A stretch of DNA of 37,526 nucleotides from Klebsormidium nitens (taxonomy: Eukaryota; Plantae; Klebsormidiophyceae). This document shows positions 11,174-22,696 of this stretch, piece after piece. The position numbers were made by a program, and so were the translations under genes. The notes under the pieces were generated by a model. The model had not been told where the DNA came from. It worked only from the letters and a program-made list of their open reading frames with translations, and searched no databases. How positions within the stretch are numbered: position 1 is the first letter of the stretch; every line of letters starts with the position of its first letter. The stretch is from contig DF237695.1 of NCBI GenBank assembly GCA_000708835.1, forward strand, positions 1-37,526, read 5' to 3'.

Positions 11174-11412
11174 AGTCGCTGGCGCCCGCGCGAGCTTCAC
11201 GCCGCCGTGGAATGCAGCCGACCCATCTGGCAATAATTCATCCTCTAGCTTGTAAATGAGCGGGCCAGTTCTGCTCACGCCTGCAAGAAGCGGTCTCAGA
11301 TGCTGAAGCGGTCTTGTAGTTTCCTCAGACCACAGCGATCATTGGCGCTTTACGGAAAAAACAACCCGAAACGCCGCACAGGCGGTCGAGTGAGCACAAG
11401 TAGCTCGTGATA

Positions 11413-12363
11413 ATGGCTCACTGGGCGCGGTCGAGTGGATCTCCTTTCTGCGATCTTCCAGGCGACGTCGTATTGTTCATTCTCCGCAAGCTAGCAGTCA
11501 CCGACCCTTGCTCCTTGCTGCCCGCCACGTGTGTCTGCAGAGCCTTCCTTCAGCAAGTGAAGGACAACCCCGGCATTTGGAAGCAAGCATTCTTTGGCGA
11601 GGAGTCCGCATGTAAAGACCGTTGCAGAGAAGAGCAGATTGAAGATGTGGTGGTGTCTCTTGGTGGGTACGAGACGCTAATAAAGTCTCGCACTTGGGAG
11701 GAGTGCACGGAACGCATGGGATCATGTGAACAAAGCCGAAAGCCTTGGCTGCTTCCGGACGGTTCCGCTCATGCCTTACCGGAAGACAGCTCACGGGAAG
11801 AAGTCTTTCTGAAGGTGACCAAGCATTTGGTGGTCATGAGAGACCGAGGAAGACTGGTTCTTTGGGGCCTTTTAACATCGAACGTCAACCGGTCACATTA
11901 TTATAAGTCACATCACCACAAGTGGGAAACAACAGGGGACTTTGCATGGATGGGGACCTCTCGAAGCGGTCTTCCGGAGCCGCTCATTGGTGTTAGTTTG
12001 AGCACTTCTCGGCTTCAGTCAATCTCTTTTAGCGGCAGTAGCTCAGAGAATTCAAGCGAACTAGGATGGGTGACCAGGTTGACTGAAAGCGGACAAACGG
12101 TGAAGGGGCCAGTGTCTATGGAAATATACCTCTTCCCAGACCGCAGGGCAGACCCGATATGCCCATTCTGCTTACCAATGATACCAGGATCAAGGGCTTG
12201 GCACTGCAGAGTGTTCTCAGATCAGAGCAATAGAATCCCCTTTTTAAAATTGAGAGGTACTTTCGACGTCCTTTATCCCAAGAGAGAAGTGTACACGAAC
12301 CTCAGAAAAGAAAAGTGCGAAAACGCTGGGAAGCTTTTGAAGCGCATATGCACCATCTTGTGA
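11413..12363 (+). CDS. Intronless F-box-like protein C (316 aa), plus member of pair 2
   Basis: MAHW...DLPGDVVLFILRKLAVTDPCSLLPATCVCRAF; intact ORF with WKQAFFG, LGGY, RGRLVLWG, SRLQ, GPVSMEIY; ends CTIL*. Confidence 0.85.
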   Translation: MAHWARSSGSPFCDLPGDVVLFILRKLAVTDPCSLLPATCVCRAFLQQVKDNPGIWKQAFFGEESACKDRCREEQIEDVVVSLGGYETLIKSRTWEECTERMGSCEQSRKPWLLPDGSAHALPEDSSREEVFLKVTKHLVVMRDRGRLVLWGLLTSNVNRSHYYKSHHHKWETTGDFAWMGTSRSGLPEPLIGVSLSTSRLQSISFSGSSSENSSELGWVTRLTESGQTVKGPVSMEIYLFPDRRADPICPFCLPMIPGSRAWHCRVFSDQSNRIPFLKLRGTFDVLYPKREVYTNLRKEKCENAGKLLKRICTIL

Positions 12364-13512
12364 TCCAAAGGCAAGCCGGCGGGCTGAAACAGGTCTGGCA
12401 ATCTTTGAACGGCGCCCTGATCCTTGTACGTGCCCGTAGACGAAACGTAAAGGCAGCTTGTGAAACGATGGTTTGTGGCACAACCAGTTTGCCAGTGCAC
12501 CGCTGCCGCTGCCCTGGTACAAGTAAGACTTGTTTGTTATACTATTTGTGTAGAGAAACTTGACCTGGACAAGATATCAGTGCTAGAGTTTCCTAAATAT
12601 CAGATTGATAGTGTTCACAAAACTGGTTTCTGCATGTCTTTTCTTAGAGAATCAATCATGCAGATAATGAACCGTTGATTGCGTTCGGGCGCGCGCTGCT
12701 CGACAATTCGATGATGCTTTCGTATGTTGCATGGATACAGCACACACGTGTCAACGTACTCGTCCCAAACGAGATTGTAGCAGGTCGTGAAGACTCACGT
12801 TCCTATATCCATTAATACATGTCACCACGTTTGCAAATTAACGAGACTGCTTGCTACACCGCGACTGGATCGAGCCGCTCTTGGATAACGGTCGCGCTGG
12901 TGCATGCCTATTGCACTAAGTAGAAAGACAAGGGAAGTCTAAGGCTGGGACATCCTCCGAGACTCAAGTAAACTAAGCGAGCGCTTGGATGAAGCAGTCT
13001 CCTGACCATATTCCGACTTTAGCGTACTGCGAGCGTGCCGCTGCCATGTACGTATCTCGTTTTACTTCAAGTTTGATAGCAGGCGATTAAAACGTAACCT
13101 GCAACAGTTGCCAACTTTTTTCGTCGATCGCTGTAGTGATCTCCTGTGGCACTCGAAGAAACTTAGATGCCCGAGAGTAATTTTGTATGGTTCAGATCAA
13201 CCGGAGAGGTGAATACAAGACAACGCAATAAGCGACTAGAGTAATGTCCAAGTAGCCCATTACGATAGCGGCCGCCGTTCGTGCCTGGTGCACGTCACAG
13301 GCGTGCATTTGTGCAACTACGTGGGTTGCAACAAGCAAATGAAACTGCCGACGAGCTGCAGAACTGCTACTTTCAAGACTGCGATCGCCATCAAGTAATT
13401 GTTACCTGATGGTTGACGACAATGATCAAACCAAGTTACTACTCGTTATCTCGTCGATATATGCGTCAGCTTCCAAGGTGCCCAGAACAAACTAGAGAAG
13501 ACCAACGTACGC

Positions 13513-13649
13513 TAGTAAGTCGGGATGTTCTGCCACCGTGCGGTACAAGGGCGCCAAATCACAGGTGCTTCGTGGGAAAGAGAGAGGGCGTCCAGAGCAG
13601 CCAGCTCTTGCAAATTTATCGGGATCAAGCCGCCCGAAAGGCGCTTTAT
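13513..13649 (-). pseudogene. F-box-like remnant d' (minus member of pair 3); ATG replaced by ATA
   Basis: IKRLSGGLIPINLQELAALDALSL, frameshift, then STCDLAPLYRTVAEHPDL vs gene F MDRLPSELILIILHKLAALDPLSLLQSTCAWAPFYRVAAANPHL. Confidence 0.8.
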
Positions 13650-13992
13650 GCCTGCGCTGAGAGTGGCTAGGCGGGTTGAATCCCCAGCACGGCCGCGCGC
13701 GGATTCGACCCGGCGCGGGCGGCTGCGGGGCTCAATGCGCGGCGTGGCCGCGCCGGTTCGCGGGGAGTGCCGAGACGGAGGCTGCCGCGGCTGGTCTTGG
13801 ACGCGGCCGCTGCAGTGCCCCCGGGGCCGAGTCGGCGCGCGCTGGAATATATGTAGCGCGCGCCGCCGCGTGGAGGCGCGTCAGTCGGCATCATGGCATG
13901 ACGCGCGACCCAAACCGTCTGTGATCGTACGTACGTCCGACCACAAAGCGCCTCCGGTGCATGAAACAAGGGTTTGAAGACCCACATGAACC

Positions 13993-14015
13993 GCGGCCGC
14001 GGCCGCCAGACGCTC
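13993..14015 (+). promoter_or_regulatory. Conserved 23-bp upstream element (copy before gene D)
   Basis: Identical to 11151-11173 and 16285-16307. Confidence 0.55.
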
Positions 14016-14227
14016 AGTCACCGGTGCCGTCGCGCCGCCTTGGATTACCTTGAGCAAGCCAGCATGCAGTACATTGTTCGCATGGCGCGCCAGCTCTGCT
14101 GACGCCTGCGAAATTCCCTTATCTCGAGCGGACCTGTCTCTTGAGCTGGACTCTAGCAGGTTTTGGCGCTTTCAGTTTAGCAAGAAAGAGAACCCACCTT
14201 GAGATACGGAAAGAGCTGGATCTGATA

Positions 14228-15151
14228 ATGGCCCACAGGGCGGCGTACTGTAACTCTTCTATAAGCGACCTTCCAGGCGAAGTTCACTTGAGTATTCTCC
14301 GCAAGCTAGCGGTCCTTGACCCATGCTCATTGCTGCCTGCCACGTGGGCCTGCAGAGCCTTCCGTCAGCAAGTGAAGGACAACCCTGATATCTGGAAGCA
14401 AGCCTTCTTTGGCGGGGACCCCATGTTTGAAGACCGTTCGAGAGAGGTGGAGATTGAAAATGTAGTGGTGTCGCTTGGTGGCTACGGGAGGCTCGTAAAG
14501 GCCCGCACTTGGGGGGAGTGCCCGGAACGCATGGGGTTGGCACGTGAACAAACCCAGAGACCTAATTTGTTGCCAAGGGACGAGTCTGCTCATACCTCAC
14601 CGGGAAACAGCCCAGGAAAGGACTTTTATAAAGTGACCAAGCGTTTGGTGGTAATGAGACACCAAGGAAGACTAGTTCTTTGGGGCCTTTTGATATCGCA
14701 CATCAGGAGCTCGAGGCGGCGACCCGATTTTTGGGGCGAGAGGGGCGACTTTTCATGGGGGCGAACGTCTGGGGGCTTTGGATACCCGGATCCTCACAAA
14801 GGTGTGAGCCTGGGAACTCATAGCCTTCAGCCAGTTCGTTGTAGCGGCAGTGGTTCAGATAAATCTGCAAGCAGACCAGGACGTGTGGAGTTCTCCGTAA
14901 GCGGACGCACCTTGACTGGACCAGTCTCTGTGGAGATGTATCTCTTGCTAGACCGGGCTGCAGAACCATTCCCGTTCTGGTCACCAATCAACCGCGGAGC
15001 AAGGGCTTGGAAGTGCAAAATAGTTTCCTTTAAGAGTCCTAAGATTCCCGCCTTTCGCTTGAGGTGCAGATCCCACGTCGTCGTGCCTGAGACAGACGAG
15101 TGTATCAGGGCTTGCAAACAGAGTCCGAAGCGTTTCTGCACTATCTTGTGA
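14228..15151 (+). CDS. Intronless F-box-like protein D (307 aa), plus member of pair 3
   Basis: MAHR...DLPGEVHLSILRKLAVLDPCSLLPAT; intact paralog of C; ends CTIL*. Confidence 0.85.
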   Translation: MAHRAAYCNSSISDLPGEVHLSILRKLAVLDPCSLLPATWACRAFRQQVKDNPDIWKQAFFGGDPMFEDRSREVEIENVVVSLGGYGRLVKARTWGECPERMGLAREQTQRPNLLPRDESAHTSPGNSPGKDFYKVTKRLVVMRHQGRLVLWGLLISHIRSSRRRPDFWGERGDFSWGRTSGGFGYPDPHKGVSLGTHSLQPVRCSGSGSDKSASRPGRVEFSVSGRTLTGPVSVEMYLLLDRAAEPFPFWSPINRGARAWKCKIVSFKSPKIPAFRLRCRSHVVVPETDECIRACKQSPKRFCTIL

Positions 15152-15340
15152 TCAAGGAAGGAGCTTGAGCCGCTCGATCAGCTTTAAGTGGTACTCTGAT
15201 AAGAACACAGCGTCTCGCTTCTCAGAATCCTTTAAGGACTAGAATAGACAAAGTATACCTTGTGTTATAGCTGCGGCCAAATTTCGGTAGTGCACCGCTT
15301 GTGTCGAACTTCTTTCTCGTTCCTTCTAGGGTCAGAGAAG

Positions 15341-15925
15341 GTCGGCCCGGGCAAGAGTCGATTGCATGAATCCTGCCAAGTCGTCAAGGCTCAGAAACAT
15401 TTTGATTTGACATCAGAGCTCGTTCTGGGCCTTTTTTTGAGTTAGAGGACAACCATAGTGGAAATAGGTTGTTTATTTGCTCCGTTCAGGCGCGCGTTGC
15501 TGGACATAATGTATGTGTTCCTGGACACTCTTAAATACATCGGACCGTATGGCATGCATACTTATATACTATATATACGGCCAGTCGCGAGTCGACCACG
15601 CCCGCGAGTCGAGAGGCCAACTTAATCTGCGCCCCGCACTTGTGAGGCACTTGTGCCCTGTAGACGTATATGCACACGCCTGACAAGCCCTCGCTATTAT
15701 TGTAGGTAAGAAGCCCAGCAACATAACAAAAACCCTTGTCTTTCGAAGCTTCCATAATTACAACAAGGCAGCCGGCCGATCTAAGTCTAGCCGCTCGCCC
15801 GGCTTATAACTGTTTCGATTCTCGTAACTGTGCCCATTCTTCACACCTGTGCTCGCTCAAAACACGCTTCTTAGTAACGAGAGGTGGTCCAGAGCCGCCA
15901 GCTCGCAAAGGATGACCAAGAGCAA
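15341..15925 (-). pseudogene. Decayed F-box-like gene e' (minus member of pair 4), start deleted
   Basis: LLLVILCELAALDHLSLLRS at 15925-15866 vs gene F LILIILHKLAALDPLSLLQS. The 11-mer gtcggcccggg at 15341 matches gene B 10221 (PGR motif) at colinear spacing (584 vs 579 nt). Confidence 0.7.
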
Positions 15926-16284
15926 TCCGGCCGCCTGCGCTGACTTAGCGCAGCCCCAATCCGACGCGGCGGGCGCGTGCAACCGTGCGCGGCCGCGGTT
16001 CATGTGGGCCGCGCCCGTCAGATTAAAGCGGCCCCCTATTCAGTCGGCGCACAGCACCGCGCGCGGCTTTCGTCCCTGTGCATCAATCCACCGAAGCCGC
16101 CACAAGACACGGCCGCGCCTGGGTTGCCCAACGCGGCGGCAACGCGGACCTCGTTTGAGCGGCCGCGGGCTGCGCTTTAAAGACGCGGGGCGAGAATCCG
16201 TTGAATGGCATTTTGCGCCAGCCGCCGGCCAGCCTGACCGAGTGGGCAGGACAACTGTCAGGGTTTTAAGATTTGAACCGCAAC

Positions 16285-16307
16285 GCGGCCGCGGCCGCCA
16301 GACGCTC
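16285..16307 (+). promoter_or_regulatory. Conserved 23-bp upstream element (copy before gene E)
   Basis: Identical to the copies before C and D. Confidence 0.55.
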
Positions 16308-16569
16308 GGCCACTGGCGCCCGCGCAGCCGTCACGCGGCCTTGGTCATGAAGCAACATGCTTCGCCAGAACATTAGAATACGTTCACAATCACTTGTCAC
16401 ACCTCGCATGGGCACTCCGGCACTCTGCCGGCAGATCCCTTCACCCAGGAAGAAGCGGTCTCAATCTCTCACGCGGACTTGGTTTGAACTTAGCGATGTG
16501 GAGTCTTGGCGCTTAACGGCTGAAGAACAAAAGCCCAAAGGTGACGCGACATCTCTGCGCTCGAGGATA

Positions 16570-17492
16570 ATGGCCCACAGGGCGCCAGCGCATGCAACTT
16601 CTTTGAGCGATCTTCCAGGCGAAAATCACATCATTCTCCGCAAGCTAGCTCTCCTCAACCCTTGCTCCTTGCTGCCTGCCACGTGTGCAAGTAGAGCCTT
16701 TCGTCAGCAAGTGAAAGAAGACCCTGATGTCTGGAAGCTTGCCTTCTTTGGCAAGGAGTCGAGGCTTGAAGACTGTTGTAAAGAAGAGGAGATTACAGAT
16801 GCGGTCAATTCTCTTGGTGGGTTTGAGATGCTTGTGAAGGTTCGCACTTGGGAGGAATGCCCGGAACGCATGGGGTTGGCATGTGAACAAATCCGGCGAT
16901 CTGGGCTGCTATGGGGCGGTTACCGGAAGACAGCTCGCCGGAAATGTATCCCGGAGTGACCAAGTATTTGGTAGTGATAAGAGACCGAGCTTGAGGGGAA
17001 CTTCTCCTATGCGGTCTCCGAGTCCTTACAGTCACTGTCAACGGACCGGATTTGCTGCACGATAAGGGCGACTTGAAGCTTCGGGTAGCCTCTCACATCA
17101 AAGATCCACCGCACTGCACCGAGTTCCGTTTGAAAACATCTCGGCTCCAACCAAGCGGACCAGTCTCCATGGAGATGTACATCTTCCCAAAGAGCATAAC
17201 AGCACCACGACCGTTCGGACTAACAACCAGAGGGAAACTAAGAGTCACAACTTTGTACTGGAAGTGCAAACTTTTCTTTGGGGGTACTGGTTTTGCATCT
17301 TTGTTCAGCGACAATTACTACGTCGTGTATCCAGAGACGGGAGAGGACACGAACCGTTCTGCGTTTTCGACGCACTCATGCGCCATCTTGTCATCCAAAA
17401 GCGAACCACCATCAGTGCGGTCGTCTCATGTTCGACTCCGGCCAGAACCCTTTCCTAGCTTTGCTGACATTACGCTGGAAAGACTACCGTAG
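16570..17492 (+). pseudogene. F-box-like gene E (plus member of pair 4), frameshift plus nonsense
   Basis: Paralog of C/D. A ~13-nt deletion at ~16920 relative to C shifts the frame. The new frame reads LPEDSSPEMYPGVTKYLVVIRDRA*GELLLCGL...SRLQPSGPVSMEMYIF. Confidence 0.85.
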
Positions 17493-18534
17493 TCTGCATA
17501 TGTTCTCGTTCAAAACATCTCAGCAAAGTACAGATGATCCATAGGCAGAGTTGGAATCAAGTCAGAAACCTGCTGACCAGAGAAACAATCGACTTCATAT
17601 GGATTTCAAAGGTGCGTGTCCTGTAGGAACCTCAAGCGCAGTCGTCTTTATACCACGCGCGCTGCGGAATGTGTTTGATTTGCTGGCTAGCATGCGTTTC
17701 GTAAGGACCGACGAGAATTGCATAAGTGTCCGCACGAAGATGCTCCATGTTGATGTATTCAACACGTACGCCCAGCAAGTTGTCGGACTACGTCACCGGG
17801 CTTGTACCAGTCTGATCAGTGACGTACTTCCAAGCGGAGGTTTTCAGCACTTGTCAGACTGGACGATAAGTCTGCTTGCTGCAAAAGGGATGTGAATTTT
17901 ACGCGAGCAGATGGGCCGCTTGCCGCTTGCCCTGAATAAGAAAGATGACGTACTTGATGAGGACGAGCCTTTTTCAGGACTTCATGAGAATGTGACAATT
18001 CAGCGCCAAGCCTGGGCTTTCACCGTGCAGAGTTATTTTATGGCTGCGCAGCGCGCTACTTCGAGCGGCCGCCTGGCCGTTGCTGGGAATCATTGCGATC
18101 CACAGCAACATGATATCGATGTACATATATTGTTCATCAGATGCTCAAACAGTTGCAGTTAGTAGATTCCCTGCTTCAAAAAGTTCAGACCGGTATGCAG
18201 AGCATGATACTCAAGGTGTTTGACGGTTGAATGCAGTCTTCCAAACATCCATCCGTGCTTCGATGTGCCCAGATTGAAGTCCAACTGAAGTCTAGGTTAC
18301 AATCGAGAGACTTCAAAGGATTTCCGGTTAACATGGACTGCTCTCATGTCTTAATTACAAATTGTTTAGAAAGTGGATCCTCACTCGACGAGTTGGCAAA
18401 AATAGAAACAGACAAAATCTAAATTTGTCTCGTTCCTGGCCGATGTCCTATTCAAAAACATGGTTTTTGAGGGTCATATTGTGTCCTCGGTGTAAGAACG
18501 AACTCTTGATTTTCCGATGCCCTCTTCAGATAGC

Positions 18535-19440
18535 TTATGTCCCATTGCTGGGCTCCGGCCCCTCTTCCCAACAAATCCTCCAAATGGGCTCAGTCGCGTT
18601 AAACTTTATCTTCAAATACGAAAACACGTCACACATCGAATCCTCGTGATGCGGGTTTGACTCACGACTCAAAAAGCCGCGCAAGGATAACCATCTCCAC
18701 ATTTCGTAATCCACCCAACCATGACGTTCCGGGGAAAATGTGCCCCAGCAGACACCACTCGGTGGTCCTTTCAAAGCGGGTGCCCCTGTCTCACAGGGTG
18801 AAAAACTGTAGACCTCGACGGAAACGGGACCAGTCTCAGGAGTATCGAGACGGCCAATCTGGACGGTCCGCGTTTGGCATATTTCGCTCAGTACTGCGTC
18901 GGAATGTATGGACCACAACTGCTGGAGCCGAACGCCCCAAGAATCCTCCCCTAGAACCGCTGGGTACAATTTTGCACTGAGATCATATGGGATCTTGTCA
19001 TGGGGGTAGATGCCCCACATCCAAATACTTCCCCGTACGCGAACAAGGGTCATGATTACCCCACCGGACCAAAGCCGCGCCACGAAGCAGCGACTAGCGC
19101 GTTCATGATCGAGGTCGGAAATGGAGCCTCCAACCTTTTGGCTTTGTTCAGCACGCTTGCTGTTCCGTGCCGCACAAAAACGTGCTGTCAACAGTCGTTT
19201 GTATCCTCCTAACGCTACAACCGCTGCATCCAGCTTTTCGACCCGTTCTAGCTGTTGATATTGTTCAGACTGTTTCCCGCTTGCCGGTCCACAAAAGGCT
19301 TCTTTCCAAAGGTGTGGATTCGCTGCCGCCACGCGGTAGAAGGGCGCCCACGCACAAGTACTTTGCAGTAACGAGAGGGGGTCCAGAGCCGCCAGCTTGT
19401 GAAGGATGATCAGGATCAACTCACTCGGAAGGCGGTCCAT
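18535..19440 (-). CDS. Intronless F-box-like protein F (301 aa), minus member of pair 5
   Basis: MDRLPSELILIILHKLAALDPLSLLQSTCAW; intact ORF with WKEAF, KLDAAVVALGGY, LQQ, GPVSVEVY. Confidence 0.85.
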   Translation of the reverse strand: MDRLPSELILIILHKLAALDPLSLLQSTCAWAPFYRVAAANPHLWKEAFCGPASGKQSEQYQQLERVEKLDAAVVALGGYKRLLTARFCAARNSKRAEQSQKVGGSISDLDHERASRCFVARLWSGGVIMTLVRVRGSIWMWGIYPHDKIPYDLSAKLYPAVLGEDSWGVRLQQLWSIHSDAVLSEICQTRTVQIGRLDTPETGPVSVEVYSFSPCETGAPALKGPPSGVCWGTFSPERHGWVDYEMWRWLSLRGFLSRESNPHHEDSMCDVFSYLKIKFNATEPIWRICWEEGPEPSNGT

Positions 19441-19827
19441 GCCTCTGCGCTAAGAATCTGAAAATTGGCTGAATACTACTAGACCGGCCGCCTGCTGAGT
19501 TGGTCGAACCGGCGCGGCGCGGCGGCCGCGCTGGCCTCAGTGCGCCGCTTCGTTTTGGCGCGGCAGGGGGTCCACGGACGCTGCCGCCGCTGGTTTTAGG
19601 CGCGGCCGTCACAGCGGCTCCCTTCCGGGCCCGCGCAGTGGCGCGCGCGGCGGCGCGCGCAGCCTGCCGCAGCCATGTGGCGTTGTGCCCAGGCGCCTTG
19701 ATTTTCGCTCGGAGGGTTTAGCAGAACCGCCCGCGCGGCCACGTTCGTAAGCCGCCGCGTCAGGATGATAGCGACCGAGGCCTAGCTTCTCTCCCACGAG
19801 ACGGTTCTTGAATTTGGAGGAAAGGCG

Positions 19828-20636
19828 ATGGAGCCACTTCCAGGCGACATTGTTACTCTGATCCTCCGCAAGCTGGCCGCTCAGAACCCAGTCTCTTTGT
19901 TGAACGCCACGTGCGCATTGGCGAGCTTTCACTGCGCCGCTTCACCGGACCCAGACATCTGGAAGGAGGCCTTCTTTGATGAGAAAGAAAGGGTTTCGGT
20001 TGAAGTCTTTAGCGCGCGAGATTCTGCCAAGTTGGACTCAGAGGCCGCAGCTCTGGGCAGGTACAGACGTTCGATGGTTGCAAAACATGGCGATAGACTT
20101 CCTTGCAGTGGCAGATCTGCACGGAATCACAAGGCTCAGCGTCTCAATCTACCACTTTGCTGCAAGTTCCATCTTGAGGTCAACAAATTTCAGAACGGAG
20201 TTCTTTTTCCCTACAGGAGACTTGTCTTTGTTGCGACTTGCAATATTTTTGTTTATCCCCCTTGAAGAGCTGTCAGAACGTAGTCGTTGTCGGCAGATCT
20301 AGCTACTAGTAGTTCCCCTGCACCAGAGCTTCCGTTTTGGATTCAGACGTTACTCCTAGGCAAAAAGTGCAGAGAAAGTCAAGCAGAACCCCTTTCTAAA
20401 AAGGAGCTATCTCACGGGTTGCAACGTACGGACCCTCCCTGAAACTTCTTCATTGCAAAGGGGTAGAACATAGATTAGCCAGTTAGAAGGAGAACTAGAA
20501 CGTTTGAAGCAACCCAATATTTGGCAAGATTCTTGGACCTCAGGTTTACTCCAAGAGATTCAACAGCTTTTGGTCGCGATGATTCGTGACATTGCCACCT
20601 CATGCTGGACCTTCATATAGTATGGAAACGTACAGC
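19828..20636 (+). pseudogene. F-box-like gene G (plus member of pair 5); ORF stops at 20265 (145 aa), decayed tail beyond
   Basis: MEPLPGDIVTLILRKLAAQNP...WKEAFF...SAKLD...RRLVF; out-of-frame remnant GPSYSMETYS at 20607-20636 matches the GPVSMEIY motif. Confidence 0.75.
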
Positions 20637-21477
20637 GATCAACGAACCTGATTGCATACAACTTGTAGTACGGTCGGCTTTGGAACGGAAAGCTTAGACT
20701 GCTCCTGAGATTGCTATGATGGCCGACCCGCCTGTGACGGCAATGCAACGTCTGAACCAAGAAAATCTTATCGGAGACAGACATGCGTTTTCAGCACTTT
20801 AGATCTCCTACTAGCCGGATGGTGCCTTGCACACGGACGGCCGGAATCCTTTAGATGCACCGTCTCATGCCATTTATATCCTGGCCCGGATCTTGCCAAA
20901 CCTTTTCGTCCATTAACCCAAACACACCGCTTTTTGCGGTACTTTGTAAAGGCTTTTGCAAGACGCCATTATTTAACAATCCACCACCTGCTCCGGCTAA
21001 AGCAAACCTGAGACAGTCCAGACGAGGCCTTGCATGTGTCAAACAATGCAGAAAGGAGGAGGAGATAGAAGTCCGCCATTGTCGTAACTTGGTGGAAGCC
21101 ATGACCAGAACCCAAAAAGCGTACACAAAATCTCTGTCGAAACCGTCCGATGGAAGTTCAGCGGGGCTTCTGCGACCGTTGGATCGAAAAGTCCTGGAAA
21201 AATGCGGGCCAGGATATAAACAGCATGAGCGTCAACGGTCTCGGCCTAAGTTATCCAGCGGTTGAAAGCACCAGATTAACCAGATGTCTCGCCCGCCTGG
21301 TCTATAGTAGTTGGCACTTGCAACTCGGAGTCAATCCTTCGCAATGAATGTTTTGAAGTACGTTCCATTGGCCAGCCAGTGCTGGTAGCAAGCCTTTTCT
21401 GCCTTTTTGTGCAAAGCACCAAAGCACCAAAGCACCGAAAGGCGACAGCGAACTTCCTGAAGGATGAAGCTTGTGAA

Positions 21478-21544
21478 GCAGCTTGTGAACCTCTTGTGAA
21501 AGATATTAGGTAAAGAGGAAGTCACCCGGAAGGCGCTTGATCAT
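21478..21544 (-). pseudogene. F-box-like remnant h' (minus member of pair 6)
   Basis: MIKRLPGDFLFT* then out-of-frame IFHK; upstream sequence (ccggccgcctg at 21575) matches that of gene F (19484). Confidence 0.65.
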
Positions 21545-21954
21545 GCTGCGGCTAAGCTGAATTGCTATATAAAACCGGCCGCCTGACGAGCTGTGAGGCC
21601 GATTCCAGCGCGCCGAAGCGGCGCGGCGCGGCCGCGAGGCTCTGGCAGTGCGCCGCTTCATTTGGCGCGGAAGAGGGTACGTCCAATCTAAGGACGCGGC
21701 CGCGGCTGGTTTCAGGCGCGGCCTGGCACAGCGCCCCATTTTCCCGGTCCTCACATTGGCGCGCGCGGCGGCGCGCGCAGCGTGTTATGCCCAGGCGCGT
21801 CACTGGTCGAAGGGTTTAACAAAACCGCCCGCGCGGCCACATTTGTAAGCGGCCGCGTCAGAGCGTCAGGATGAGAGCGACATTCGTATGGCTGTTTTCT
21901 CCCAAATCAACTACTACTGGTACCAGGTACTCTAGGACCAGAGGAGATAAGGCG

Positions 21955-22696
21955 ATGGAGCGACTTCCAGGGGAGCTTCTCCTTATTATTCTCCGCAAGC
22001 TGGCCGCCCAAGACCCGGCCTCCTTGGTGACGGCCACCAGCACAGTGGCGAGCTTTCACCGCGCCATAGCAAAGAATCCGATCATCTGGAAGGAGGCACT
22101 CTTGAATGAGGAGGAAGATTCATCGCTTGATCACTGGACTGCGGAACAGTCTGCTCGGTTGGACGCACAAGCGGCCTTTCTAGCTGGCGGGTACAGGCGT
22201 TTGGTGGTGGCACAAAATGTCCCCCAGCTTTCGTGCAGCAGATCTGAGTCGGAGAATCACTACGAGGCTCAGCTGGATCCACCATTCTGTTGCAGAATCC
22301 ATTTCAACGAGAGGTATCGCCTTATGTTCGCCTTCAATAGCTATATATTTGACATGCTGCGCTTCTCTACTAGCTAATGAAACCCCGGAGGGCCGTGCTG
22401 TCGGAGTGTAGTCTTTATATGGTTGGCCGCTAAACCCCACCACCCTGCATCGACAGAATTCCATTCTTGAATCAGACGCTCTCTGCAGGGAGAAGCCCCA
22501 AGAGGAAGTCAAGCAAAAGCTTTTTTTAAACAAGAGCTATCCAGCTGGTTGAGAAGTGATTAGCCTCAATAATAGAATTTAGAATCCGTATTGTATGGTT
22601 ATACGCAGGCCTCAAGCTGACTCCAGGAGATGCTTCTATCTTTGGGCGCCTCAATTTGCGACGGAGCCACCTCATGCTGGCCCCGCAATGGAGATA
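21955..22696 (+). pseudogene. F-box-like gene H (plus member of pair 6); ORF stops at 22377 (140 aa), decayed tail beyond
   Basis: MERLPGELLLIILRKLAAQDP...WKEALL...SARLD..GGY; remnant GPAMEI at 22679-22696. The ~21520-22700 segment is a diverged duplicate of ~19420-20640. Confidence 0.75.

Noticed and set aside
13525-13987. Arg/Ala/Pro-rich ORFs over the GC islands (also ~15849-16376, 19421-19721, 21552-21848, 37036-37455) and antisense ORFs over real exons
   Set aside because: Expected by-products of high GC and antisense codon structure, with no recognisable domains.
21564-21574. TATA box (CTATATAAAA)
   Set aside because: Absent at the homologous position of the pair 5 island and about 380 nt from the H start; unsupported without TSS data.
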